64,000 nt of DNA from Vicugna vicugna (lineage: Eukaryota): assembly GCA_013265495.1 (NCBI GenBank), contig MU058009.1, positions 1,550,001 through 1,614,000 on the forward strand, read 5' to 3'. The translations under genes were made by a program, and so were the position numbers. The notes under the pieces were generated by a model that did not search any database, was not told the origin of the DNA, and worked only from the letters and a program-made list of their open reading frames with translations. Below, piece after piece: positions 38,601 to 52,340 of this stretch (positions are counted from its first letter, which is position 1; every line of letters begins with the position of its first letter).

Positions 38601-41600
38601 CCGGGGTGTCACACATCAGGAATCCAGTGGCATCACTGGGAAACTATGCTTCTCAAGGCGCAGCTCTGCACCACACAACAGAGGGGTCCCTGTTAGAAGG
38701 AAGTCTCTCTCCGCGGCGGGGCGGGAGGGAGGCCACCGCACACATACTCGCCCCCAAGAAGGCCCCCGCCGCCGGCCCCGCCCCGGCTGCGGCGGGGAGT
38801 GTCCTCTCCCGGCTTTGTTCTTCACAGCTGCTGGGCAAGAGGACAGCTCTGAGCGCCACACTGCAGTCCTGACCTGACGGGCATGGCACCACCTCGGAAG
38901 AGAAAGGTGGGCACCTGCGGGGATCCGGGCCAGCAGAGCGAGTCACACAGGGATGCTTCCGCCAGAGGGGACCCCCAAAGCCCTTCAAGTGCAAGGCTAC
39001 AATCTCTCTCTCTCTCTTTTTTTTAAGGCAAAGCTTTGAGTAAATTCCTCCTCATTTGGCTGTTTCCTGCCCCTTCGCTTTGTCTAGGGACCAGAAGATC
39101 TCCCATCTCTCTGGATGAGAAGGGTGATTATTTGACTACTATTAGGCCCCTCTTTTTGGCTCCCTTGCTCTGAGGCTAAGACGTGAGCAACGTAAGGAAA
39201 CGCAAAGCAACAGGCGAGGACAGGACTTCAGGAACATGCTCCGGACTGTAATCCCTTCCATGTGGCCAACTGTCAATAACTTCCTTCTCATTTTCCAGGC
39301 ACGAACTCACTGCCGGTGGCGCGGGGTCAGGACGGGACTTCCGCGCTCCGTCCCCAGTGCAGCCGCCAGCTCTCCCTCTGTCACCTGTGCCCACCGCCAG
39401 GCTCACACACCAGAGTTGAGCCAAGGCAGGCCGCCAGCCTGCCATCATGTCTGCTGCCACCAAGATCTAGCCCGGCGGCTCGCTGGACGTCCATCTCTCT
39501 CGCACTAGAATACGTGCTCCAAGGGCAGGGCTGTAGCCCGGAGCCTAGGACGGGGCCTCACCTGCAAACACCAACAACCTCAAAAAGCTGTCGGCTGTTG
39601 AGCGACTCCAGCGGCCAGCTCCCTGCGAGCTCGAGCTGCATCTGATCGACAACCACCTGCTCAGTGCCAGGCGTGGGAGCTGCTCTCGGACAGGGGCCCA
39701 GAAAACCGGGACCGAACTGTATGACTCCCAACAAGATCCTCTGCAGAACGGTGTCAGGGTTTAAAAAGCGGCCCAAATGACTTGTCTCGATTCAACTATA
39801 TCTGGGGTCAAACACTGCGGGTGACTCCCAGGCAACATTTCAATCAGCATGTGCCCCAAAATAAAAACGACCACACCCCCGTCCTTTGGGGACTCAGCTG
39901 CTACCTTGAGAATCTAATCTCTGTAGCTCGACTCCCCAAGTCAAATCAAAGACCTCAGTGTGGGCAGGACACCACATTTATTTTAACCTATGAAACTCTC
40001 ATGGTTGGTCACCCTTGCAACGGGGCTCACTCTGCCCCAAGAGCACACATCTGGCAGGTGGTCCCAAAACGGAGGAACGAGACCCACTGGCCCCTCCCTT
40101 CCACCCAGGTGTCTCTACCCACAGCCAAACGATGATGGCAAAAACAGAACACTCGAATCCAGAAATGACCCATCTGTTCCCAAGTGTATCTTCCTCTCAA
40201 ACTACTGCAGGAGTGCCCACCTGGGGGTGGGGTGGGTGAGCCCAGAGCCTCAGCTCTGCCCCGCTTCCTGTCAACTCTCTTCTAAGTGATCATTCACAAG
40301 AGACCCCAAATCCCGCTATTTCTACTCAGTTGTGATGAAATGAAGTTTGGTGACCAGCTTAAGTTCGGAAAGTGTCCTGACACTCTCGTGCCCTCGGGGC
40401 CAAACTCAAGGGGAAGCCACACAGTCTTCTTTCTGCCCGAGGATGAATCGGTCACAGAGCACATTGCTGACAATTCAGCTCCCAAAGCCCTGGGAAGATT
40501 TTCAAAAGAAGGGAGAGTAGAGACTGCTTGATATTCCAGCCTGGCTTGATGTCTGTAGATGCCTTTTCCCATTTCTTCTGAGTTCTGGCCCTCCTGCGCC
40601 CCCAGTCCTACTCAGTCTCACCTCATCCCGAACACGGGCCACACACGGTATATCCTGTGACCAGCCAATGGCGCCTTGGCCCAACAAATCAGTGCCCACC
40701 AGCGTGGTCCACGTTCCTCTGTGGGTGACTAGTAACTCGAGGGCAGCCACTGGGGACACAAGTTCCAGTAATTCAACTTCTAACCACAAAGAACACTCTA
40801 AGAGGTACGTGATAAACACACCTCATGAACACCACGAGGGACAGTCACTTCATGCCCTTGCGTTTATGTGATGCTGAAACAGCCAGCGTGTCTGACAAGG
40901 GAAGCAAGATGGAGAACAATTAAACGCAGCCTTTGGCGTCAAGTCTGTGCCTCTGTCGCGGCAGGCCAAAAGAGAGGAGGAAGCATTTCAAAACATTTAA
41001 ACAAAAAGACAAGCAAGTATGTCAGGCATTGGACCTGTGGACCAAGAGATGACAGCGGATAATAGCCTATATAAAGTTAAAATACACGTGCTGGTGAGCC
41101 ATGCCCAAAATAGAGTCAAGTGTCCAGAGTTTTGCTCCCAACTCCTCTTTGATCCACTGAGTGAATTCATGCAGCTCATTTAACCTCTCTGGGCTTTAGT
41201 TCATCCATCCCTAAAAATCCCTGCCCCTTCCTACAGCATAGAGATGTAGATTAAGTCCCTATTATTTAAAAAATATATAAATATACACATCTACCTATAA
41301 AGAGACGACCACAGCGCAGAGCAGTTTGGGAACAATGTGAAACACAACAGTGGGATTAAACCAAAGAATGAAACGACAAAAAACATTTTTAAAAGCAGAC
41401 TTTTCAAAAGAAGAACAAGAGAAAAAAAAAGATGGAATTGAAAAAAATAAACAGCAAAAGCAGTAGATAAAACGCAATTATTCTTCTAAGAATTAGACTG
41501 GCCTTTTAAGATGGCAACTTTGGAAAAAGAGAACATTAGAAGCTTTGGAAAAAAAAGGCTCAAGTATATAAATGTAAGATGTTTTAAATATTGTAAATGA

Positions 41601-44049
41601 GAATAACCTGTGAAGGTCTTTTAAAGTCAGAGATAACTCTGAAGTTCTTGCTCTGATTCAAAGTAGGCAGGCACAGAAGGACAGAGCAGATGCAAACTAT
41701 TTTGCAAGTGAAAGTATCACCGACATTTATGGTTTGGGGAAATCTTGGCCACAGACAGACTTAGATCCTCTTTCCCCCAAAGAACTTTTTCCCCCCTAAT
41801 CATTTATACTCCTCGTCAAGCAGAATCCACCTAATGATTATGTAGGGCTGACCCAACGTGAGTCCAGCATCCCCCACAAATGTCGGCAGTTTGGGTCTAG
41901 AGACAGACCCCAGCAGCGGTCACTGAAGACACAGCAGGGAGTCCTGTCCAGCCGGCGGCGCCCCAGGCCCCCTGGGCAGCCGGCCGGCCGGGCCGGCCCA
42001 CTTGGGACAGATGGAAGTGCGGCTCACCGGGGTCTGCCTGGGGCCTGAGAACAAGGCAGTCACGCACTTCAGTGTCTGGAGGAAAGGCCCTTGTTTTTGC
42101 TTGGGCTCCTCGCACCTGCATGTGCTCGAGTGCACTGTGTGGGGGAGGCTGCGGGGAGGGAGCCCGGCCCTCTCTTAAAGGGGCCGCCTGTGAGCACGCT
42201 GCCTCCCCAGGTCCAGCCCGCCACTCACGCGCAGGCGCAGACAGGGAGCCGGCAAGGCCCGGGCCAGGAAGTGGGTTTCTTTAGAGCTTCTCCCCCTGAT
42301 GTCTTCTAGGTAACTGCCTGCTTTAAGAAGTCACCCGAAACGGGTGAGGTTTGGATTTGAGGGTACAGAGAATTTTGTTTAGAAACCAAAACAAAAAACA
42401 AGTTTTCCTCTAACTAATGTAAATGTCAACAAGAAAATGCCTTCCTCAGTATCTAGGTAACGAGAAGAAAGAAAGATGTTTTTGCTGATTAGAAATGGAA
42501 GACAGGACTGGAGAAGTCTGAAGCCTGCACCGTTTCTCAGTCGATTCTCAATATGATTTCTGAGCTCCAGTTTATCCCAGGGGTAGAGCTTCCCCCTCGT
42601 GTCAAGGACGAGACCAGTCCCTAGCTAAGCATGTTCACACTCTCGGGGAGGTGGACCAGACTCTAAGCGATCACTTGAGCGCACAACTTTTCAAGCATTT
42701 ACCCAGCAGATGACTCCCAAACACCCCTCCAGTGTGAAACATGGCGGCCGGACTGGGTGGGATAACAGCAGAGATGATTAACAACAGCTTGGAGGCGGCA
42801 GAAGAAACACTTTTGTTCCGCCAAAGCGTGCTGAGCCGAAAAGGTGCTACCCACGCCTTTAGAGAAGAAAGGCCCACGAAGCCAGCCCAGAGGGGCCTCC
42901 ACGAGAAACTGCACCTACTTGGGCTCTGAAAGGCCAACACCTCCAGGGAGCTGGGCCCTCGGAGCACCTCTCCTGCAGTGCGAGTCCCAGCCTCCCCGCC
43001 GAGCTCGAACTTTCACATTCACCCACCTTCGGACAACTTTCACTCTCATTATCTCTCAGGGAGAGGTGAGTCACACAGCCAACAATGCAGTTCGGCGAGT
43101 TACAGTCAACATTAGGCACTGAACCCAGAGGCCTGTCATTGGCCACCAAGGGTGTCGGGACAGTGATCTGGAGTCTTGCTGCCTGAACAGCCAGATGCCA
43201 CAGTGATCAGTCAATCAGGGCTGAAGTGGCCACGACAGCGTGCTGCTCAGTCCTCTGACCACAGGGAGCACAAGTGACCCCCTCCCAGCACGTCCCCACC
43301 AAGGCCGCACGTCCCGGGGCTGCTCCGCCCAGGGCCTGGGCAAGGAGGGTGCACGGGCCATTCCTGCAAGGTGCGTGGCCCTCCACTGGGCAACTCTGAC
43401 TGAGGATTCCTACCAGCCTGGCCACATCTTCCTTGGAATTGAGCCACAGCCTCAATTCCTACCCAGTTCTCAGGCCGGCCTGCAGCCTGGCCTGAGGCTC
43501 CCCTCCTGCTCTTGCTCTCCCCTACTCTGTCCTTCACAGGTCTTCTCCCTCCCAGTACATTTCTTGCAAGTCTAATGGTGTCTGGGTATCTGCTGCTCCG
43601 CAGACCCAAACTAACATGCTATGAAAGTTGGATTTTTTCCTACTCATTGTCTTACATTGTGAAAAGCATCTTCTTTATTGTTTGCAGTGTGACTCTGGGC
43701 TAGACTTCTTCCCCCGGTGAACCTCAATCCCCTCATTTGTACAATGAGGATAATAGAAATTTGCCCAGGGGGTTGTTGGCGATGTTAAAAAAAGTGGTTG
43801 CATATGGAAGAGTCTAGCACACAGTAGAAACTCAACAGACATGTGGGTTGAGCTGAAGAGCTGAAGTGACCTCATCTGCTAGTAAATACCTGCTGTGCCC
43901 CAAGGACACCGCCAGCAAGTACTGGAATTCTGCAATCATCCTCTGACCTCAAGGAATGTAGAATTACACTGGAAAGACAGAAGGTCTGGAGAGTAACATG
44001 ACGTAGTGGTAACAGCTGGCACCTAGACAGTGCTTCCGAGGAACTGTTC

Positions 44050-44250
44050 CGGATGCTTTTCCATAAACTATTCATTTAATTCCCACAACAATCCTATGAG
44101 ACAGCAATTGCTATTATGACCATTTTGCAGATGAGACAACCGAGGCACAGAGAAGTCAGCTTGCCCACGGTCGCACAGGTGGTCAGTGGCAAAGGCAGGA
44201 CACACAGCTCCAGAGTCCATGCTCTAGTCCAACATGATGAAGCCTTTGAA
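44050..44250 (-). mobile_element. MIR in ETS1 intron VII
   Basis: CCCACAACAATCCTATGAG...CATTTTGCAGATGAGACAACCGAGGCACAGAGAAG. Confidence 0.7.
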
Positions 44251-44401
44251 ACGTAATCAGTGGTCAGGCAGCCTGGCTGGTGCCCTTTCCTGTGCCTGGA
44301 CTTAAATCTGAAGGCATAAAACTGACAGACCTGGTGCTGATAACCATCCCACCTGCAGGCATCACATCAAAGTCGCTTTAGGGAGAACAGGGAGGGCTAC
44401 A

Positions 44402-44754
44402 CAGCTGACCCTTGAACAACGCGACTTTGAACTCTGCAGGTCCACATTTATGTGGATGTTTTTCTTAATATGTTGGAAAACTTTCTGGAGATTTGCAACA
44501 ACTGAAAAAACCTCAAAGACAAACTACGTAGCCTAGAAATACCAAAAAACTAAGAAAAACTCAGGTATGTCAGCAATGCACAAAATATATGTAGATGCAC
44601 GTATAACGCACAAAATGTGTGTTAAATGGCTGTTTATGTTAGCAGGTCAGCAGCAGGCTCGTAGTTCAGTTTAGGGGGAGTCAAAAGTGATACTCAGATT
44701 CCCAGCTACGCGGGGGTCCCACTCCCAACTCCCATGATGTTCAAGGGTCAGCTA
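44402..44754. mobile_element. Tigger2-like non-autonomous DNA transposon (MITE)
   Basis: Terminal inverted repeats CAGCTGACCCTTGAACA and TGTTCAAGGGTCAGCTA (16/17 match). Confidence 0.8.
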
Positions 44755-44764
44755 CAGCTTCTCT

Positions 44765-45148
44765 CTCTTTTTCTTTTTTAATTGAAGTAGAGTTGATATA
44801 CAATGTTGTGCTAATTTCTGGCATACAGCATGCTGATTCAACTAAATGTACATATTCTTTTTCACACTCTTTCATTATAGGTTATTATATTATAAGCTAT
44901 TGAATATAGTTCCCCGTGCTGTACAGTAGGACCTTGTTGTTTATCTATTCTGTATAAAGTAGTTCGTATCTGCTAACTCAGCCATAAAAAAGAATGAAAT
45001 AATGCCATTTGCAGGAACATGAATGGACCTAAAGATTGTCACACCAAGTGAAGTAGGTCAGACAGAGAACGCCAAATACCATGATATCACTTAGATGTGG
45101 AATTTAACAAATGGACACAAATGAACGTATCTACAAAACACAGACTGT
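44765..45148 (-). mobile_element. 5'-inverted (twin-primed) short L1 insertion
   Basis: Minus-strand L1 3' end at 44765-44979 is fused to a plus-strand upstream L1 segment at 44980-45148. Flanked by AGCTTCTCT (44756-44764 and 45149-45157). Confidence 0.7.
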
Positions 45149-48100
45149 AGCTTCTCTTGAATGGAGTCTCCGTGCTGAGGAACCACTGGTCTGTCAGCGT
45201 CCAGAGCAGGGAAGACATCCAGGGAACCAGGAGATGCCAAGGGGCAGAACCCGGGACTTCTGGCAGAGCCCTTCCCGGCAGGGGCTGCGGGAGTTTCCAG
45301 GCCAACAGGGACCTGTGTGGAGGCCTCGGTGGCATACTGGCTGAGATCTGCTCTGTGGAAACATTTTACTTCAAAGACAAAAAGGTGGAGCTTCAAACTG
45401 GAGACGGAGTGGAATTCCAGAACAGTCACCACCCAGTTCCACCACTTGGAGTTAGGTTTTGTTAAAGAAACAGTGGCCCCCAAAATGTGAGACTCAGAGA
45501 CTCTTCTAAAGCAGGTTGGCGGGGGAGCTGTACCCAGAAACGGTGGGTCAACTTGTGCCTGTCCCGCCTCCCCACCCAGGCGCCCACCAGGCCCAGGTGG
45601 CTGTGAACAACCCCGGGTCTGAGATTTATTTTATAAAGGATGAAGGAGTCTCTCTGCCCCAAAGACGGTGCGCCAGGACCCCGGGGGGGCTCAGCCAGCT
45701 GTGGGCTTCAAGGGCAACTGACGGAAGCAGGTAACCTCCCTTTCCACTCTTTCAAAAGCCATTTAGAAGAAAAAAAAAATTCATAGTGAGGCCAAAACCT
45801 CCCACGGCGTGATCTTTTTCCACTGGTGGCAGATGATTAAGACAAACTGCCACACAGCGAACCAGGGAGGAGGCAGAGGCACCATGCCAGGGGCCTTCTC
45901 CTCCCGCTCAGCTCAGCTCCGCCAGGGGGGCCTTCCTTTCCCGGGCTCCACACTGTTATCCCGTCCAGGTCACCGCGGAGCGGCAGCACGTCACCCCGTC
46001 ACCCCAAGTGCACGCCACGCACCTCCCTCCGGGGCCGCCACCCCGCACGGCCCCGAGAACCCGGACGCCCCAGCTTCTGAGCTGGGCGCTGGGGGCGTGG
46101 CTCCATGTCGGGGGCTGTCTGGCAGCTCCTACAACCTGCTGCTCATGGGGGTCTGAGGAGAAAAGGGGAGACACTCTGTTCCTGCCTTTCTCATTTCTAA
46201 GTTCTTTCTTCCCAGCCACCCAGGGGCTGCCCAAGGAGGCTCTACGCTGAGACTCTGGATGCCGACAGCTCCCTGGAAGCCCGCAGGCCAGCCCCCGCCC
46301 TGCCTGGGCCGAGAAGCTCGGGGCCCCTGTACAAGGCAGCCACCGCCCAAACTGGGCACCAGAGTTCAGTGCTCAGGTCCACAAGTCGGTTCTTCCCGAC
46401 TTTAGTCCATTCACACTGTCTTACCAACAGCTTTGACAGGGAGAGACTGTATTCCAGAGCTTGGCTCAGGGACTGACCGCCCCCCTTCCAAAGGACAAGC
46501 CCCAGGTTGTTCCCAGTAACACCCCCACCCCGGGTTTAGATTGAACTGGACTCTCCTGCACAAATTCACAGCACACGGCTCATCTGCTCCGCTGACCCCT
46601 CTGTCTCCTCACTGGGTCCCTCCAGAAGCTCCCTCGGTTGTGGTCAGTGCCTGAGGACACCGGGATGATTCTGCAACCCAGCTTTCCTTCAGAAAACTGT
46701 GATTTCAGGTAATGCTGCCAAATCTCGGGTTTCATTCTGAATTGACGGGCTCTGAAGCACGTCCTTATGCAGGAAAGTTGCTCTTTTTCAAACACATGTT
46801 TCAGCCAGAGCTTTAGATTCCTGAACTCCAAATCTCAGTCACCAGCCAGAGCTCCACGGTTCTGGGCGTGGTCCAGAGACTCTGTTATTCGGTGACGGCG
46901 GACAGGCTGGAGTTTATCCAGGAAGCAGAAAGAAGAAGGTTTACCTCAGGCCAGAAGGGACTGGAGAGGACGGGCAGGGGGATGTCTAGGGCTTCTATTT
47001 CTACAAGACTGATCACTACATTGTGTGACGTCTCACACACAGATATTTGAAAGTTGAATTCCAGATAGTCCCAAGTTGAGCCTTTAGGAAACTGAGTCAC
47101 AAATATACAGAGCATGGGAAAGCGTAATTTCCTTGCAGTGGACAAGTAAGTGGCTTTGGGCTTAGCTTTCTGCAGGCTCCGGGATGAAAAGACCCTAACC
47201 ACGCCATGAACCATGGCAACTCCAAACATGGAGAGATGTCCAGACACCTCGAGAGGCCCCCGCAGGCCGGCTCAGCGACAATCAGAAGTGACAGGAAAGG
47301 AATCCTTGTCTGCGCAACAGAAGTCTGGCAAACTGGAGGGACGTTTGATAAAGGTGATTTACAGACCAATAGCTCCACCCCCCTCCTGCGTGCCCCCCCC
47401 CAAACACACACATGCAGCGTTAATTAGTGACCAGCAAGAGACAAGGGCCCTAATCTGCTCTATCTCGGGAGCAACCGAGATAACCTCTGAGTGTCCTCAC
47501 TCCATCATACGGAGGAAGAGTCCGTACTCAGGTGAGACAGCTGGCGCTCAAGGTTCCAGGCAGGAGTTATCTTCCGGCAGAAGGCCTTGAATAAGTCATT
47601 TTTTTCTGCCTCATTTTCATCATCAATAAAAGGGGCCTCGAGAGGCAGAGAGGAAGGGACACCACTATTTGACAGTCTGGCAGATTCTTCTACACCTACT
47701 GAAACTGGAAAACAAACAAACAAAAATCAGAGATGCCCCTGTTTGTCAAGGATCTAGAAAGCATTCTGTTTAGAGCCATCAAATCCGTAGCGAACACTGG
47801 GCCACTGCTCCCAGACTGTTTGGTAATCAGATGGGGTTCACGATGGGGCTTTGAACAAAAGAAAACAGAGCTTTCTGATGGTATCGGCTTTGGGAGCCAT
47901 AAGTAGTCCCAGCGAGGGAAGAAGGTACATTTTGGCGGAAGCCGGCACTGCTTTTGATGTGTTCTCAACCCAGCGAACAGGCAGGCTTTCAAGCCATGTT
48001 ATCTGCCCTCACATCTTGACCTAATTTGACGAGTTGCCATGGGAGCCCCAGTGAAGGCTGGTGCAATTTTCTTATCTTTGGAGGAAGAACATAACTGTGC

Positions 48101-48659
48101 AAGAGAAGGTGAAAATTCGGCTTCTAACTGATTTCCACACTTAGAGCGCAGTAACTAAGAGAGCAGACGAAGAAGTGAAACACACTCCCTCGAGGGCGAG
48201 ACGGACAAAGACGCGGGCTGCTCACGCGCTAGCAGGGAAGTGGATCTACCCCCCAGCTCAGCAACTCTTTCTCTGCATCCTTCAGTTCAGGCCAAATAAC
48301 AGGGATGTAAAAAGATACAGGGCTCCCACTGCGTGGCCACACTTACTCTATAGAACAGTTGAATCTGAAGGACTCAGATTTAACAAACAGAAAAGAGGGT
48401 AGAATTTGAGATAGAAAATAGGTGTGATGTTCATGAGCAATAAAAAGTTTTGCCAACACTTCTGCAACGATTTCCACTTTCCAAGGTACTTTGGCAAACT
48501 TCAGCTCATCTCAGCCTATCTGCGGAGAGCCAGAGAGCCGTTAATAAAAGCTCCGGTCACTGCATGCTCCCCGCGTGGTGGCGAGGCTGCGTTGGCCTGT
48601 TCCATCCCCTCCCCCACTCCCCAGGACGTATCTGAAACGAGAAGGGGTCCCAGCGAGGG

Positions 48660-48945
48660 GAAAAGTACAGTTTGCAAATGAACTCATCTACAAAACAGAA
48701 ACAGACTCACAGACACAGAGAACAAACTTAGGGTCACCCGGGGGGACAGGGGGTGGGAAGGTGTCAGTCAGGAATTTGAAGTTTGCACCTCCTGGGGCAG
48801 GATGGAAATGGGAGCTATCTTGATCACGATGGTGGTTTCATTGATGTGAACATCTATCAAAATTCATCCAATTGTACACCTGAAGTGCGTGTAGTTGACC
48901 AGGCAGGAATCATACCACAATAAAGGTGTTTCAAAAAATACAGCT
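48660..48945 (+). mobile_element. L1 3'-end fragments
   Basis: ATGAACTCATCTACAAAACAGAAACAGACTCACAGAC matches the L1 copy at 1770-1810. It is followed by an older L1M-like tail ending AATAAAGGTGTTTCAAAAAA. Confidence 0.65.
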
Positions 48946-49609
48946 TGTACTGTGGGCAGGAGATCTTCCCCAGGCACTGGACACAGGGGGGAAAAAGCCA
49001 CCCAAGCTTGGGCCACCCCCGACACGCCTAAATCCTGACCTTCCTCCAACCACAGCAACAAGAAAATCTAGTCCAAGTCTAAGGACAATCACAATATCTC
49101 GAATTTGTCAAAACCGTGGACCTCCCAGGGCTACAAGCACTCATCTGTGCTCAGAAACACTTGCTGAAATAATTGATTTGTTGCACTGAGCTTCCCCCCA
49201 AGTCTAGCACGACGTCTAGCACTCATTTTGTTTAATGAATTGATTTAGTTCTATTACATCTTCACAGGTCTCCTACCACCAAGATAAGGAGGAACACTCC
49301 ACTGCACCAAAAGTAGAAAAGGGTACAAGGTAAATTTGCCTAAAATCACACAGTGTGTCAGAGCTGGGAGTGGGCACAGAGGACTTCCGTTTTCCCCGCT
49401 ACTGTTTGCTCTGCCATCTGAGATGGTTTGAAAAGTTAAATCTCCCTTAGGTTATAAAGAAGAAACAACTGAATGGTAAGATCCTTAAAAAAAAATTGCT
49501 TTTAAATTCAAATGACTTGAGTCCTTGAGATCGCTAACTGATTTAACACCCTCTCTTTTCTGCCACTCACTGAACATTTTATTTCCTTAGAGAGAAAGAG
49601 AAAAAGACA

Positions 49610-49669
49610 GGAAGGAAGGATGGAAGGAAGGAAGGAAGGAAGGGAGGAAGGAAGGAAGGAAGGAAGGGA
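49610..49669 (+). repeat. (GGAA)n microsatellite, 15 tetramer units (12 GGAA, 1 GGAT, 2 GGGA)
   Basis: Read directly from the sequence. Confidence 0.95.
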
Positions 49670-52079
49670 GGAGTCCCCATTAAAAAGAATCTACCCAAAG
49701 AAGGGGTGACATCAAATGTAACTCAGACCTCCAGGACATCCCTGTATTTGTCCTGAAAAGCTCTGGATGCTCTGATCTGCTTGGCTCTGAGTTGGGGCTG
49801 CCAGAGAAGGCTCACAGGGGGCATCCTGGCATTGGCTATCTAGATGGCAGGTCACCTAGGCAGGTACCTAATCTGTACTTCACCCTCATTCCTAGTTCTT
49901 AGAATTTCCAATTCATCCTTTCCCTTCTCTCCATGAAACAGGGACACTTGGAGAGACTCCCAATGCTCAGATGATTCTTGTCAAGATCATCTCAGCCCAA
50001 ACCCTCTAAATCACTCTTGCAGACTATTTGCTCTGCAGGCTTCTTCCATCTAGAAAGTCTAAGAACCCAGACAGGTACCCCTTTCAGAGGAGTTTCTATG
50101 TGGGTGGAGAGCAGGCTTTCGCCATTTCCAGAAACTTCGAGACTTTCTATAGTGTAACCACAGATCCTCACCAGAATCTTATCCCATGAAGGGTGACTCA
50201 GTCGGAAGGCTTTCTTTGGCCATAACCCAAAATCGAGAACTTGAAGTCAGCTCATTCAATCTCATGATGCACAAAACCCCCTTAACTAGTAAAATTTTCA
50301 GAATTCCGCACCACGGCAAGAGCGAATGATGAAGACAGCCACGGGAGAAGAACTGTGATGGTGTGTGCTGACGGTGGTTACGGCAGAGATCATGTCAGAG
50401 GAAATGAGAAGATGCCTTTACTAGGGAGACACTGTGGAGGATTCGGTCCTGGAAGTGAGCATGGCGGGAGAAGAGCTGGCCTTTCACACGTGGGCAGTGA
50501 CAGAGCACAGTGTTCCTGCTCCACAGGAACGGAGGCAAACAGGACCAGCTAGAGATGCCACCCCGTCCGCAGCCCACAGGCTCATTTCAGAGCAACCTTG
50601 GCCTCTCCCCTTCCTCACTGAAGCAGCATTACTCTCCTCCTCCATCACTGCCTCCAACTGGAGTCCAGTTCTTAAAACACCTAAGAGTTACCAATAGGAC
50701 CCAGCGCTCTTGGACATCTTGAAAGAAACTTTATACGCTTTTGTCATTCCAGGCGTCACTAATGGAAAGGGCAGCCTTTCCTCGTCTGCTGTCTAAGATA
50801 GGAAAGGGGTCCCCTGCAAAGCAGCAAGTTCCCACCTACGAGCGATGTTCAAGCAAGGACTTGGGGGATATTGTAGAAAAACAGAGCAGGGGACCTTGAA
50901 GTTCCTTTCTGGCCCGTGACTCTATATATGGACCTTCTTGCTGCCTCAAAACCCAAGCATAATTCCTGAGCACCTCTCTGTGCACTGAACTGCACCAGGA
51001 GATGCGGGGAAGAGACACAGCCCCATCCCTGAGGGAGGAGCAATCTTTCCACGTCACCCGGCTTTCCTGGTGAACACCTGGGATTTCCCTCCCACAAGAA
51101 CAGGGATGTAGCACCTTCTTAAAACCAGACAGATCCCTCACTGGAATCACCAATTTTGCTGTTTGTCTTCATCCACACAAAGGGTCCCCACGTGGTGACC
51201 TGTCCAGGGGGGTCAACGAGAAGAGAAGGGAGGCCGAGACCACGGCTGAGCAACCCAAGCCGAAAACAAGCTCTCTCTGCAACACAATGTCTAATTTTTA
51301 GAAAACGCTCCAATCTTAGAGAAAGGCTCTCATAATTAATAGATTCATGCTCCTTGGATGGTTCTCAGAGTAACTCTTTGAACACTTCCAAGGGGAGGCA
51401 GCTTATGTGCCTCAACTTGTCTGGACAATGAATTGTTTTGCTCTGTGACCAGGTTCTCCATCCAACCCCAAGCCCTCAAGACACATCTTCCTCTCCCCGT
51501 GATCTTTCTTTGTGCTCCACTACTACAACTTTCACACCTGAAAAAAAAAACAAAAACAGAACCAGAGCCAGGATCTGGCCGGAGAGAGGGTGACCGAGGA
51601 CACTTTTCCCATTTGAGCACCTGCCTAGGGCTGAGGGCTCCACTCAGAGGAGTCCAGAGTGCTGGCCCTTCCGCAGCGGCTCTGAGACACGTCCCGGCTG
51701 GTTTTGTGTTTAGACTCCCCGAGGGCAGGTGAGAAGCAGCCCCTCGGTGCTAGGCCCCGAGGCAGAGTTTCCAGCAGCACCAACTCAACAGCGTTCCCTT
51801 CCCCCAGAAGGCGGGAAAGATCCAAAACCTTAAGTTTTCCCTCACACTCTTGGAAAGGGTCCCTTGGAAGAGAATGATACCGCTCGCTTCCAAAAACCAA
51901 TGGCCAGTCACAAGCAGAGTGGCTCAAGAGACTGACCCACCTCTCAGAGTCTTCTCCTCCCGCCACCCACCCCAGACCCCCGGGCAGAAAGAGGCTGACT
52001 TCAGGGTCTGGGGACGCGGCTTCCAGGGAGCCCGCCCACAGCCGCCACCAGCGACCGTGGAGGCAGGGCAGGCGCCTAC

Positions 52080-52340
52080 CTGTGTAGCCCGCCAGGGCCG
52101 CAGCGGGGATGACAGGCTTGTCCTTGTTGAGGTCAGCACGGTCACGCACATAGTCCTTGAAGGTGCCCTTGGGCTTGTGGTTGGGCAGGGCGGCTGGATA
52201 GTCCTCGGAGTCAAAGCTGTCGTAGGAGGGGACGCGCTGCAGGCTGTTGAAGGAGGACTGGCTGCTCCAGGACTGGGTGAGGCGGTCACAACTGTCGTAG
52301 CTCTCGATGCTCTCGAAGGAGTCCTGACCCCCGAGCTTAC
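52080..52340 (-). CDS. ETS1: ETS1 coding exon VII (261 nt): serine-rich and inhibitory region [87 protein letters not shown]; the exon skipped in the p42 isoform
   Basis: Full manual translation is open. Acceptor cctcctccag|GT, donor ACAG|gtaggc. The length of 87 codons matches the known p42-skipped exon. Confidence 0.97.

Noticed and set aside
45918-45932. Possible CTCF site CCGCCAGGGGGGCC
   Set aside because: It mismatches the core at a high-information position, so it cannot be called without ChIP data.
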